Below, one piece after another: positions 9,294-17,917 of a stretch of DNA of 64,000 nucleotides. The DNA lies in NCBI GenBank assembly GCA_937896225.1, contig CALBMZ010000063.1:74200-138199 (forward strand), read 5' to 3'. Numbering within the stretch: position 1 is the first letter of the stretch; each line of letters opens with the position of its first letter. The stretch comes from an uncultured Alcaligenaceae bacterium. GTDB taxonomy: Bacteria > Pseudomonadota > Gammaproteobacteria > Burkholderiales > Burkholderiaceae_B. The notes below the pieces were generated by a model. That model was not told the DNA's origin. It ran no database searches and worked only from the letters and a program-made list of their open reading frames with translations. The position numbers and the translations under genes are program-made.

Positions 9294-10417
9294 AAACCCA
9301 ACTGATCAAGCATGATGGCAAATAGCGCATCAATCAAAATCACACCCGTTATAGCGGTGACAACTGAAGCGGTTGTACCCTTTCCTAGACTCTCGGTATT
9401 AGGTTCAATACGCAAGCCAAAATGACAGGCCGCTAAAGCGATCCAAGCACCAAAAACCAAGCCTTTCAGTATACCAATCATATAGTTAGTGAAACCAATT
9501 GCCGTAGGTAACTGGCTGATAAACCAAACAGGCTTAATACCTAAATCAAACTTGGCCGCATACATACCACCCAACAAGGCAACTGCATCGGTCCACAATA
9601 TTAATAATGGCATGGTCAGAGCTAACGCAATCACACGCGGCAAAATTAAACGCTGACTTGGTTCAATGCCCATCACCGCCATCGCATCAAGCTCTTGCGT
9701 GACACGCATCACCCCAATTTGAGCCGTAATGGCAGAACCCGAACGGCCTGCCACCAGTATGGCAGCCAAAATAGGCCCCAACTCTCGCACAACCGAAACG
9801 CCAAGCAGCTTCACAATTAAATGGCCCGCACCAAACGAGGCCAACTGCTGACCTGACAAATAAGAAAGCACCACACCAATTAAAAACCCTACCAAAGCGG
9901 TAATGGCCAATGCCTGCGTACCCGTTCTAAAAATCTGAGCTGAAATTTCACGCCAAGGACCATACCGCGGCGACTTAATAAACGAACCTAAATCAATAAC
10001 GAGCTGGCCCAGCAATGCCGCTAAAGCATAAGCATGCTCAAGACCAATTTGCGCCCCTTGGCCTAAACGCACTATCCAGGCCCATTTATCTTTTAAGGGC
10101 TTTGATAAAGCTGGAATACTTTGACCACTTTCAACCTTGCTTAATAAGTCAGACTGAGCGGGGGTGGCGACAAGCGCCTTGGGCCGTTGCCCACCCCAGT
10201 TGTCCCATAACAACTGCCCCCCTAGGCTGTCTAAAAGACCCATCTCAGAAATATTCCAACCGGTCGCTTTAGGTACCTCTTTTAACAAACTCAAACGACG
10301 CTTCACTTCACCTCGTTTTGAAAGCGTCCGCACGCTCCAGTCACCCCGAACAAAAGCAATGCCTTGTTCAACGGAAATTAGCGGTTCTTCGATAAAAGCG
10401 GTTTTAAACGTTTGCAT
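9290..10417 (-). CDS. MlaE-family ABC permease with N-terminal STAS/MlaB-like extension
   Basis: The C-terminal part (about 260 aa) is a multi-TM MlaE-type permease. The first 115 aa or so are soluble and look STAS-like (FVRGDWSV...ISEMGLLDSLGGQLL). There is a 4-nt ATGA overlap with the ATPase gene. Confidence 0.85.
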   Translation of the reverse strand: MQTFKTAFIEEPLISVEQGIAFVRGDWSVRTLSKRGEVKRRLSLLKEVPKATGWNISEMGLLDSLGGQLLWDNWGGQRPKALVATPAQSDLLSKVESGQSIPALSKPLKDKWAWIVRLGQGAQIGLEHAYALAALLGQLVIDLGSFIKSPRYGPWREISAQIFRTGTQALAITALVGFLIGVVLSYLSGQQLASFGAGHLIVKLLGVSVVRELGPILAAILVAGRSGSAITAQIGVMRVTQELDAMAVMGIEPSQRLILPRVIALALTMPLLILWTDAVALLGGMYAAKFDLGIKPVWFISQLPTAIGFTNYMIGILKGLVFGAWIALAACHFGLRIEPNTESLGKGTTASVVTAITGVILIDALFAIMLDQLGF

Positions 10418-10555
10418 AGACTACAAACCGGACAAGATTAATTTCATATAGTATGTTTATACCTGATTTGTATTTGAAATCTTCGACGCCTTCGTTCTCA
10501 TGGTCATCGTTTTTGCGAAAAAATGGGGTATTCCAACTCAACTTATTTCATTTCA

Positions 10556-11398
10556 ATGCTGTCAAACCTACCTTCACCTGAAGAAATCACCTCAATACTA
10601 TCGAAGCAGTTAACCCCATTCACACGTATTAATTGGGTTGCTCAGACCGGGTCAACTAACGCAGATCTAATGAGCAATCACGATTTATCAATGGGTCAAA
10701 GTCAACTTTTGGGAGCTCACCTTCAAACAACAGGTCGCGGGAGGGCTGGGCGTGTTTGGCACAATACGGCTGGGCAATCGCTCACATTTTCATGCGGTTT
10801 TGAAACGAACTTAAAAGCAACTGAACTCAATGGCCTTTCCTTAGCTCTAGGCGTGGGAGCATGCGAAAGCATACGTAAGCTTTGTCCAGGCCAAAATATT
10901 GAACAACTGAAACTTAAATGGCCTAACGATTTAATGTTTAATCATGGCAAACTTGCGGGTATTTTGGTTGAAACCCAAATCAACACGCAACGTATTCGCG
11001 TCATCGTTGGCATAGGTATAAATTTGATACACGCTAAACATTTGAGCAATACGATTGGGCGTGAGGTATCAGCGTTAAATGATTTCATGACCCTTAAACC
11101 TGAAGGGGTCGTTACACTCATCAACAAAATCGCCACCTCATGGCACGACATTATTTTTAATTATGCAAACAATAACTTATTAACCTTCGAACAACGGTTT
11201 AAGCATTTAGACTACTTACTCAATCAACCGGTAACTGTGACACAAAATCAAAGTACTCTTTTTGAAGGCATGGCACAAGGCATCAATTCACAAGGCGCTT
11301 TATTGGTGCGTGACGGTTTAAAAACCAGGGCTGTAACGGTAGGCGACATCTCAGTTCGTGTAACGTCCATCACCGCCTCTACTTTCGCTTCGCCTTGA
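10556..11398 (+). CDS. birA: biotin--[acetyl-CoA-carboxylase] ligase (no N-terminal wHTH evident)
   Basis: Carries the GRGRAGRVW motif and KWPNDL. Followed by coaX, as in many betaproteobacteria. The start could be ATG 10556 or ATG 10523. Confidence 0.9.
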   Translation: MLSNLPSPEEITSILSKQLTPFTRINWVAQTGSTNADLMSNHDLSMGQSQLLGAHLQTTGRGRAGRVWHNTAGQSLTFSCGFETNLKATELNGLSLALGVGACESIRKLCPGQNIEQLKLKWPNDLMFNHGKLAGILVETQINTQRIRVIVGIGINLIHAKHLSNTIGREVSALNDFMTLKPEGVVTLINKIATSWHDIIFNYANNNLLTFEQRFKHLDYLLNQPVTVTQNQSTLFEGMAQGINSQGALLVRDGLKTRAVTVGDISVRVTSITASTFASP

Positions 11399-11437
11399 CG
11401 GGTGAGGTTTTACGTATATTCCCGATAAAATAAGAAC

Positions 11438-12268
11438 ATGATTCTATTGCTAGATGTGGGAAATACCCGCTTAAAAATCTGTTTGTATCAGCCGATCACT
11501 CATGGTGCGCGGTCATTAAGCTTGGCACAAGAATCGGCTTTCATACCCTCGCCAATACAAAACGTGTTGGCGATTGATTTGAATCAACTCGAAGACACGC
11601 ATCGCTTAGCCGACTCTATAGTTGAATTACAGGCAAACGCCTTGAAAGATATCAACCAGGTTTGGGCTGTCAGTGTTGCCGGTCAACACTTCAATCATTT
11701 GATCGAACATCAATTGAAACGTCTAAGTCTCACCGTTAAATGGCTCAGACCCTCGCGTCGTTTGCATGGGTTAGAAAACCACTATATCGACCCAGATCAA
11801 CTGGGTGCCGACCGCTGGGCCGCAGCAATAGGGTTAAATACTCGCTTCAGCAACCGGCTGGCGCCTATTATTTTGGCAAACTTTGGTACTGCAACGACTA
11901 TTGACACCCTTTCAATTGAACCCAGATTTTTAGGAGGGCTTATCTTGCCAGGGGTAGACATGATGTTTGAATCACTTGCGCGTCGTACAGCTCAACTACC
12001 TCTGGCACATGGCTCTGCCGTTAATCACCCAACCGACACCGATCAAGCCATTGTTTCAGGTGTTTTAGCCTCACAATTAGGTGCTTTGCAGCATCAGTTT
12101 GATATTGCCCAGCAAACATTTAAAATTAACCCTATCGTTTGCGTGAGTGGCGGCGCATGGTCTAAAGTTGAGGCGGCATGGTCTCAACACTTTCAACTCG
12201 TAGCTTGGCAAGCTTTGCCTCATATTGTTTTAGAAGGTTTAGCAGCCGTCGCATCGTCACCAACGTAA
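11438..12268 (+). CDS. coaX: type III pantothenate kinase
   Basis: The N-terminus MILLLDVGNTRLK and the NFGTATTIDT motif match type III pantothenate kinases. Confidence 0.93.
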   Translation: MILLLDVGNTRLKICLYQPITHGARSLSLAQESAFIPSPIQNVLAIDLNQLEDTHRLADSIVELQANALKDINQVWAVSVAGQHFNHLIEHQLKRLSLTVKWLRPSRRLHGLENHYIDPDQLGADRWAAAIGLNTRFSNRLAPIILANFGTATTIDTLSIEPRFLGGLILPGVDMMFESLARRTAQLPLAHGSAVNHPTDTDQAIVSGVLASQLGALQHQFDIAQQTFKINPIVCVSGGAWSKVEAAWSQHFQLVAWQALPHIVLEGLAAVASSPT

Positions 12269-12283
12269 CCTTATGGTCCATAT

Positions 12284-12457
12284 ATGAAATTTATATTTAT
12301 TAGTTTAGTGGTCATAAATGTCGCCATGTTTGGTTTAGGTCAAGGCTGGTTTGGCACACCGAGAGCAGAGGCGGGGCGCAACCCGGCCATGCTGCAGCAA
12401 CAACTTAATGCGACTCAGTTAACTGTAACGCCCGCTGTGTCTCAAGGTCGACCATAG
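12284..12457 (+). CDS. 57-codon ORF encoding a single-TM peptide (possible remnant of a SPOR-domain gene)
   Basis: Found by hand because it is below the track cutoff: MKFIFISLVVINVAMFGLGQGWFGTPRAEAGRNPAMLQQQLNATQLTVTPAVSQGRP. It has a hydrophobic N-terminus and no clear SD. Its 3' end overlaps the convergent waaA by 53 nt. Confidence 0.35.
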   Translation: MKFIFISLVVINVAMFGLGQGWFGTPRAEAGRNPAMLQQQLNATQLTVTPAVSQGRP

Positions 12458-13772
12458 CCGTCATCATGGCTTGTGTTGCCCCAATGTGTTCATGCAACCA
12501 CTTTTGAGCTGCATCACAATACCCTTGTCGACCTGCCAGATCATTTACCCAATTATTTGCAAAACCAATCGCTTCGCTAGGCGTATTAACTTGCACAATA
12601 GCCCCTGCAGCCAGCGCTGAATCAACAGCCTGAGCAAAATTTTCAGTGTGGGGCCCGACAATTGTTGGTGCACCTGCCACACAAGCCTCAATGAAGTTTT
12701 GTCCGCCATGTGGCTCAAAACTGCCACATACAATCGCTACACCTGATGCAGCATAAAAAAACGGCATTTCACCCATGGTATCGCCCAATAAAACATCAAT
12801 TGAGTCAAGGGCTGACCAAGCAGCTGAAGAGTTCGTTTGAACAGGTTCTTTCAGCTCTGACCATCGACCCAACCTCAAGTTTGCACCTTGTATGTGTTGC
12901 GCGGCAGTTTCGAAACGCTGTGGGTGCCGAGGAATCAACACATATAAAGGTGTCAATTTATGAGCGTTGTGATGCGATTGAATGGCTGCAACAAATTGTG
13001 CATCTTCACCCTCTCGCGTACTAGCAATCACAATCAGTGGCCGCTTAAACTTCTCGCGCCAATCAAACCCCTCTTGAAGCGCGAGAGCAGGTAATTGCAC
13101 ATCAAATTTTAAGTTGCCCGTTACCTTGACATGCGCTGCACCCATTAAGGTTAAACGGTTTGCATCGTCTTGCGTTTGCGCCATCACCAAGTCAATGGTG
13201 GCGTAGGTTTGACGCATTAAACCGGCGCTGCAACGATCTAGCACTTGAGCTTGCTTCAAAGACTTTTCTGAAAAACGTGCACTGGCTAATACAACAGGTA
13301 TACCGGCCAACCTTGATGCCCGTATTAAGTTAGGCCAAACCTCACGTTCGATTAATATCGTTAAACGTGGTTGATAGTGCTGTATTAAGCCCTGCATCGA
13401 GCTTAAAAAATCGTAAGGTACCCAACGCTGCAGAATCAACCCTTCTTTAATTTCAGATTGCCACATACGCCAGGCTTCGTCGCGCCCGGTTGGGGTCATA
13501 TGTGTCAGCAATAACCTTTCACCCTTATCAATTAACGCTCGCATTAACGGTGCCGCAGCTCGCACTTCGCCCACACTGACAGCATGCAACCAAATAGGTT
13601 TCTGACCGTCCCACGGTTGGTTATAACGACCAAACCGTTGCGCGCTGAGTATCTGCCAATCTTGTTTATTGCGCCTAGCTCGCCACGCCATACCTAACCA
13701 CAATATAGGAGACAAACACCACCAAATAACGGTGTAAATTTTGTAACCCCAGAAGATACGGTTTAATCTCAT
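12405..13772 (-). CDS. waaA: 3-deoxy-D-manno-octulosonic acid (Kdo) transferase
   Basis: GT30 family, with HAVSVGEVRAA (compare E. coli HSVSVGE) and an N-terminal membrane anchor. Confidence 0.93.
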   Translation of the reverse strand: MRLNRIFWGYKIYTVIWWCLSPILWLGMAWRARRNKQDWQILSAQRFGRYNQPWDGQKPIWLHAVSVGEVRAAAPLMRALIDKGERLLLTHMTPTGRDEAWRMWQSEIKEGLILQRWVPYDFLSSMQGLIQHYQPRLTILIEREVWPNLIRASRLAGIPVVLASARFSEKSLKQAQVLDRCSAGLMRQTYATIDLVMAQTQDDANRLTLMGAAHVKVTGNLKFDVQLPALALQEGFDWREKFKRPLIVIASTREGEDAQFVAAIQSHHNAHKLTPLYVLIPRHPQRFETAAQHIQGANLRLGRWSELKEPVQTNSSAAWSALDSIDVLLGDTMGEMPFFYAASGVAIVCGSFEPHGGQNFIEACVAGAPTIVGPHTENFAQAVDSALAAGAIVQVNTPSEAIGFANNWVNDLAGRQGYCDAAQKWLHEHIGATQAMMTAMVDLETQRALQLTESH

Positions 13773-13773
13773 A

Positions 13774-14751
13774 TCAGGACGGCTTTAAAGAATGTTTTAA
13801 GAACGAGTCTACTGCCATGAGTACGTCCTGAGCACTTGGGGGTTGATCGCGATCGCCTAAACTTGCCGTCGACCCTGACCCGGTTAAGGGTGTACGAACG
13901 GGGGTTGACGCTTGATAGATGCCAATGGTGTCACGACCTAGCGCAGCTGATAAATGCGTTAAACCGCTGTCTAAACCGACCATCATGCTTGCCCCACTTA
14001 ACACTTCCGCCACCTCTGTTAAACCCATACGTGGCAAAACTGTAGCTTGATCACGATTTAATATTAAACCTTGTGAGTAAGCGGTTTCAGCCGTACTACC
14101 CGATAATAACTTTAGCGCTAGGCCGTGTTGTTGCAAACAGTCAAAAACTTGCTGCCAATTTGATGCGGGCCAAAGTTTATCTGCACGGCTCGCACAAGCC
14201 ATGATGACGGCATACGGTGCGCCAGTGTGGTGGGGCTGTGCCTGTTGCACAAAATGTTGCAAGCCAAAATCAGGCTCGCCCAAGATGTCATAACCCCACA
14301 CCTGACTCGCTAACAACCGTTGTCGCGTGACAGCGGGTTGCCAAAAGGCCACGCAGTGCTTTATGTCATAAAACAAACTGCAAAGTGGTTCACGCGCGGA
14401 TTTCCAATCAAGCCCATGCTTCACGCCGCTAACTGCACGGACCAAACCGATCGACTTCAACAACGCTTGCATATCAATCACAACATCGTAATGAGCGTCT
14501 TGTATGCGTTGAAGCACTGCCCGGCGGGCTGCCCAGACACTAGGCTGCCACCAAGCTTTACGCCATTTTCGGTGAGAAACGGTAATAACTTGGTTAATTG
14601 CAGGGTGCCATGATGGTATCTCTGCAAAGGCAGACTCAACCACCCAATCGATTTTTAAATTAGGCACCTGTTTAGCCATGTCAGATATGGCAGGCAACAT
14701 ATGCACCAAGTCGCCTAACGATGAAGTACGAACAATTAAAACCTTCATCAC
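13774..14751 (-). CDS. waaC: lipopolysaccharide heptosyltransferase I
   Basis: GT9 family, with N-terminus KVLIVRTSSLGDLVH and C-terminal GLDSGLTHLSAALG. The GTG start shares 1 nt with the rfbD TAG stop. Confidence 0.88.
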   Translation of the reverse strand: MMKVLIVRTSSLGDLVHMLPAISDMAKQVPNLKIDWVVESAFAEIPSWHPAINQVITVSHRKWRKAWWQPSVWAARRAVLQRIQDAHYDVVIDMQALLKSIGLVRAVSGVKHGLDWKSAREPLCSLFYDIKHCVAFWQPAVTRQRLLASQVWGYDILGEPDFGLQHFVQQAQPHHTGAPYAVIMACASRADKLWPASNWQQVFDCLQQHGLALKLLSGSTAETAYSQGLILNRDQATVLPRMGLTEVAEVLSGASMMVGLDSGLTHLSAALGRDTIGIYQASTPVRTPLTGSGSTASLGDRDQPPSAQDVLMAVDSFLKHSLKPS

Positions 14752-15773
14752 TAAACAGGCTTTAACAGGGGTGTTAAGCCCAATGATCGAACCACGCTAG
14801 CAACACCATCGCGCCAGTCAGGCAAGACCAACTCAAAAGTATCGCAAAGGTGTTGCGTACTCAATCTTGAGTTTTGAGGGCGGGTAGCCGCTACCGGGTA
14901 GTCACGAGCGGCAATACCCTTGATTGCACCGTGTGGCAAAGTCAACGGCCAGCCAAGCTGACGTGCCAGTTCAATGCCAAACTCGGCGTACTCAAACCAA
15001 TTGGTTTGGCCTGCCGCCACCAAATGGTAAAGCCCCCATTTGTCAGCGCCTGATTGATCAAGGTGGCTCACTGCGAGCGGGTCAGCAACACGAGCGCTTA
15101 TTCCCGCCTGCTGAGCGAGTGCTAACGGTGCCTCTAGACCAAGTTGCTGTGCCAATGCTATGGCTGTCACCGCTGCAATCATTTCAACCCCTGTTGGGGC
15201 ACCCCACTGATCATTGACCACACTTAGGGCATCCCGTTCAGTCGCGAGTCGCAACATGGTTTTAAGAAAGTTCTGGCCATGTGCGCCATAAACCCAACTG
15301 GTGCGAAATATAAAATGTTGAGCACAATTCGCAGCAACGGCCAACTCACCATCAAGTTTACTTTGGCCATAAATTGATAAAGGGTGTGTGGCGTCAATCT
15401 CTTGATACGGACGCGCTTGTGCGCCATCGAATACGTAATCAGTTGAATAATGCACCATGCACGCACCACAAGACTTCGCCGCTTGGGCCAACAAACTTGG
15501 TGCCTGGGCATTAACCGCTTGTGCCCGATCAACCTCTTGTTCTGCCCGATCAACTGCGGTATATGCCATAGCATTCACAATCACATTCGGCTGAACGTGT
15601 TTAATCAGCTGATCCAAAGCAGACGTATCTTGACAAAGGTGCTCTAGATCGAGGGTTTTACGGCCAACAGCCGTTACCACGCCTAAAGTTGATAAAGACG
15701 TTTGCAAAGCGTGGCCTAGCTGGCCATCTTTACCCAATAAAAGTATTTGCAGGGGGAAGGATGAGATGCTCAT
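14751..15773 (-). CDS. rfbD: dTDP-4-dehydrorhamnose reductase
   Basis: Has the nucleotide-binding N-terminus LLLGKDGQLG, catalytic YGQSK, and STDYVFDG. At 340 aa it is longer than the usual ~300 aa. Confidence 0.9.
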   Translation of the reverse strand: MSISSFPLQILLLGKDGQLGHALQTSLSTLGVVTAVGRKTLDLEHLCQDTSALDQLIKHVQPNVIVNAMAYTAVDRAEQEVDRAQAVNAQAPSLLAQAAKSCGACMVHYSTDYVFDGAQARPYQEIDATHPLSIYGQSKLDGELAVAANCAQHFIFRTSWVYGAHGQNFLKTMLRLATERDALSVVNDQWGAPTGVEMIAAVTAIALAQQLGLEAPLALAQQAGISARVADPLAVSHLDQSGADKWGLYHLVAAGQTNWFEYAEFGIELARQLGWPLTLPHGAIKGIAARDYPVAATRPQNSRLSTQHLCDTFELVLPDWRDGVASVVRSLGLTPLLKPV

Positions 15774-15807
15774 TGCACTATTTTAGGCGCAAGTGAGCAA
15801 ACTTTAA

Positions 15808-16584
15808 TTAGATTTGACCAAACATCTGCCTATATCGCGTCATGCCGCGTTCAAGGTGCGTTTTCATGGCTTGCCTAGCCAAGTTAGCATCACGGCGCTC
15901 AATAGCTAGATAAATAGCTTCATGTTCAGTCAAAATGTCAGCAATACATTGCTCATCTGTGGCACGCAATCTCAACGTACGAATCGCATCACGTATGGAC
16001 GAGGCCAAGTGATGATGCGTACTAATAATGAAGGGGTTCTGTGTCGCTTCGGTCAATACCTTATTAAACTCAAAGGCTGCTTTAGCAGCATGCTCCCACT
16101 CATCACCCGCTCGCATTAACGCCGCTAAGGCTGTACGAATTTGATCAAGTTGTGTTTGAGAACGATGTGTAGCCGCCAATGCGGCGGCGCCCGAGTCAAG
16201 TTCAAGTCGCATTTGGTATACGTGCATTAACGGCAACAAAGCCATCAAACCATCAGTTGAAGCCTCCGTTCGGTTTTGCTCGGCGTCACCTTTTACAAAG
16301 GTACCCACCCCGTGGCGCGTTTCGACTAGACCCATTTCTTTCAACCGTGCAATGGCATCACGAACGATGTTACGACTGACGCCGAATTGCGTACCTAGCA
16401 TTTGTTCGGTAGGCAAGCGTTTACCCGCACTGATGGTTTCATTCAAAATCTGCTCTCGCAGTTGATGCGCAATGTCATCAGCCACACAGTCTACTTTGAC
16501 AGCCGTATCAAACGCGTTTGAGACTTTTGCCGGCAAAGCGCGGCGCATCTCAGCTGTATGAACGGTTTTTCCCCATGCTTCCAT
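15808..16584 (-). CDS. GntR-family transcriptional regulator, FadR/FCD subfamily
   Basis: Has a wHTH (LPTEQMLGTQFGVSRNIVRDAIARLKEMGLVETRHGVGTFV) followed by a helical FCD-like C-terminal domain. ATG 16548 is an alternative start. It lies 34 nt upstream of rfbD on the same strand. Confidence 0.88.
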   Translation of the reverse strand: MEAWGKTVHTAEMRRALPAKVSNAFDTAVKVDCVADDIAHQLREQILNETISAGKRLPTEQMLGTQFGVSRNIVRDAIARLKEMGLVETRHGVGTFVKGDAEQNRTEASTDGLMALLPLMHVYQMRLELDSGAAALAATHRSQTQLDQIRTALAALMRAGDEWEHAAKAAFEFNKVLTEATQNPFIISTHHHLASSIRDAIRTLRLRATDEQCIADILTEHEAIYLAIERRDANLARQAMKTHLERGMTRYRQMFGQI

Positions 16585-16725
16585 TCGATTCCCCGATTAT
16601 ATAAATTTGCCTCTGTCGCGCTATGGCTTGGGCATTTAATTTTCAATACATTTAACCACGCTATAAATATATAGATATAGTCTTTGACTTGTTATCTTAT
16701 ACCTTTTTTGTTTTTTTGTAAGACT

Positions 16726-16831
16726 CATGTCATTTTGAAAAACAAATGACGGCCTTCAAACCAGATTAAGGCGAGTGTACGGAAACGGCATGTGTCGCCG
16801 AACACACTGTTAAAATATTTAAAATGACATG
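16726..16831. promoter_or_regulatory. repeated GTCATTT/AAATGAC motif set in the GntR/rfbB divergent control region
   Basis: GTCATTT lies at 16729-16735, with AAATGAC at 16744-16750 (8-nt spacer) and again at 16822-16828. The 11-mer CATGTCATTTT (16726-16736) is the exact reverse complement of AAAATGACATG (16821-16831). The region is AT-rich with a T-run at 16704-16717. Confidence 0.5.
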
Positions 16832-16843
16832 GAAAATAAAACA

Positions 16844-17917
16844 ATGATTCTGGTGACTGGCTGTGCGGGCTTTATTGGCAGTAACTTTATTCACACATGG
16901 CTTGAAGGTCAAGACGAAGGTATTATTAACGTAGATAAACTGACCTACGCAGGTAACCTCGAAAATCTGGCTGCCTTTACAAACGACTCTAGGCATCATT
17001 TTGTACAAGGTGACATTGGCGACCGCGGGCTGATTGAAGGCTTACTGAAGACTCATCAACCCCGCGCCGTGATTAACTTTGCAGCTGAGTCGCATGTTGA
17101 CCGATCTATTCACGGCCCACAAGATTTTATTGAAACCAATATCGTCGGTACCTTTAACTTACTTGAGTCCGTGCGCACCTATTGGTCTGGTTTGGCAACT
17201 GAACACAAAACGGCATTTAGGTTTGTGCATGTTTCAACAGACGAGGTGTACGGCACCCTGTCACCTACTGAAGCAGCCTTTTCAGAAACCAACGCCTACC
17301 TGCCAAATAGCCCGTACGCGGCCAGCAAAGCCGCATCAGATCATTTGGTGCGAGCCTGGCACCATACCTATGGGTTGCCGGTCATCACCACCAACTGCAG
17401 TAATAACTATGGGCCCTTTCATTTTCCTGAGAAGCTCATTCCACTCATCATCATGAATGCCCTTTATGGCAAACCTTTACCTATTTACGGCGATGGTCAA
17501 CAAGTGCGCGACTGGCTCTATGTGCAAGACCATACCCGTGCCATCGCATGCGTTTTACAAGCCGGTCGCATTGGTGAAACCTACAACATCGGCGGGTGGA
17601 ATGAAAAAGCAAATATCGATGTGGTTAAACTAATTTGCTCGCACCTTGATCTTTTAAAACCGCGCGCTGATGGCAAGCCTTACGCTGATCAAATCACTTA
17701 TGTTACCGATCGCCCTGGTCACGATCGCCGCTACGCCATTGATGCACGCAAAGTTGAGCGTGAATTAGGTTGGAAACCAAACGAAACCTTTGAAACAGGC
17801 ATTCAAAAAACCATTCAGTGGTACCTTGATCACCCCGAATGGGTAGCTCACGTTACAAGCGGCGAATACCGTCATTGGGTTGATAAACAATATGGGGAAA
17901 AGGCTAACCTAGCATGA
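16844..17917 (+). CDS. rfbB: dTDP-glucose 4,6-dehydratase
   Basis: [15 protein letters not shown] Rossmann motif, catalytic YAASKAASD, and HVSTDEVYG. The start is chosen at ATG 16844, which has GGAAA about 9 nt upstream. The track ORF starts at 16829. Confidence 0.95.
   Translation: MILVTGCAGFIGSNFIHTWLEGQDEGIINVDKLTYAGNLENLAAFTNDSRHHFVQGDIGDRGLIEGLLKTHQPRAVINFAAESHVDRSIHGPQDFIETNIVGTFNLLESVRTYWSGLATEHKTAFRFVHVSTDEVYGTLSPTEAAFSETNAYLPNSPYAASKAASDHLVRAWHHTYGLPVITTNCSNNYGPFHFPEKLIPLIIMNALYGKPLPIYGDGQQVRDWLYVQDHTRAIACVLQAGRIGETYNIGGWNEKANIDVVKLICSHLDLLKPRADGKPYADQITYVTDRPGHDRRYAIDARKVERELGWKPNETFETGIQKTIQWYLDHPEWVAHVTSGEYRHWVDKQYGEKANLA

Noticed and set aside
17079-17456. Long alternative-frame ORFs inside conserved genes: 17079-17456 in rfbB, 35079-35438 in uvrA, 15224-15574 in rfbD and 28485-28838 opposite the GMC gene.
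   Set aside because: Each overlaps a gene whose annotated frame carries unmistakable family motifs. The alternative frames give Cys/Arg/His-rich sequences with no protein-like features.
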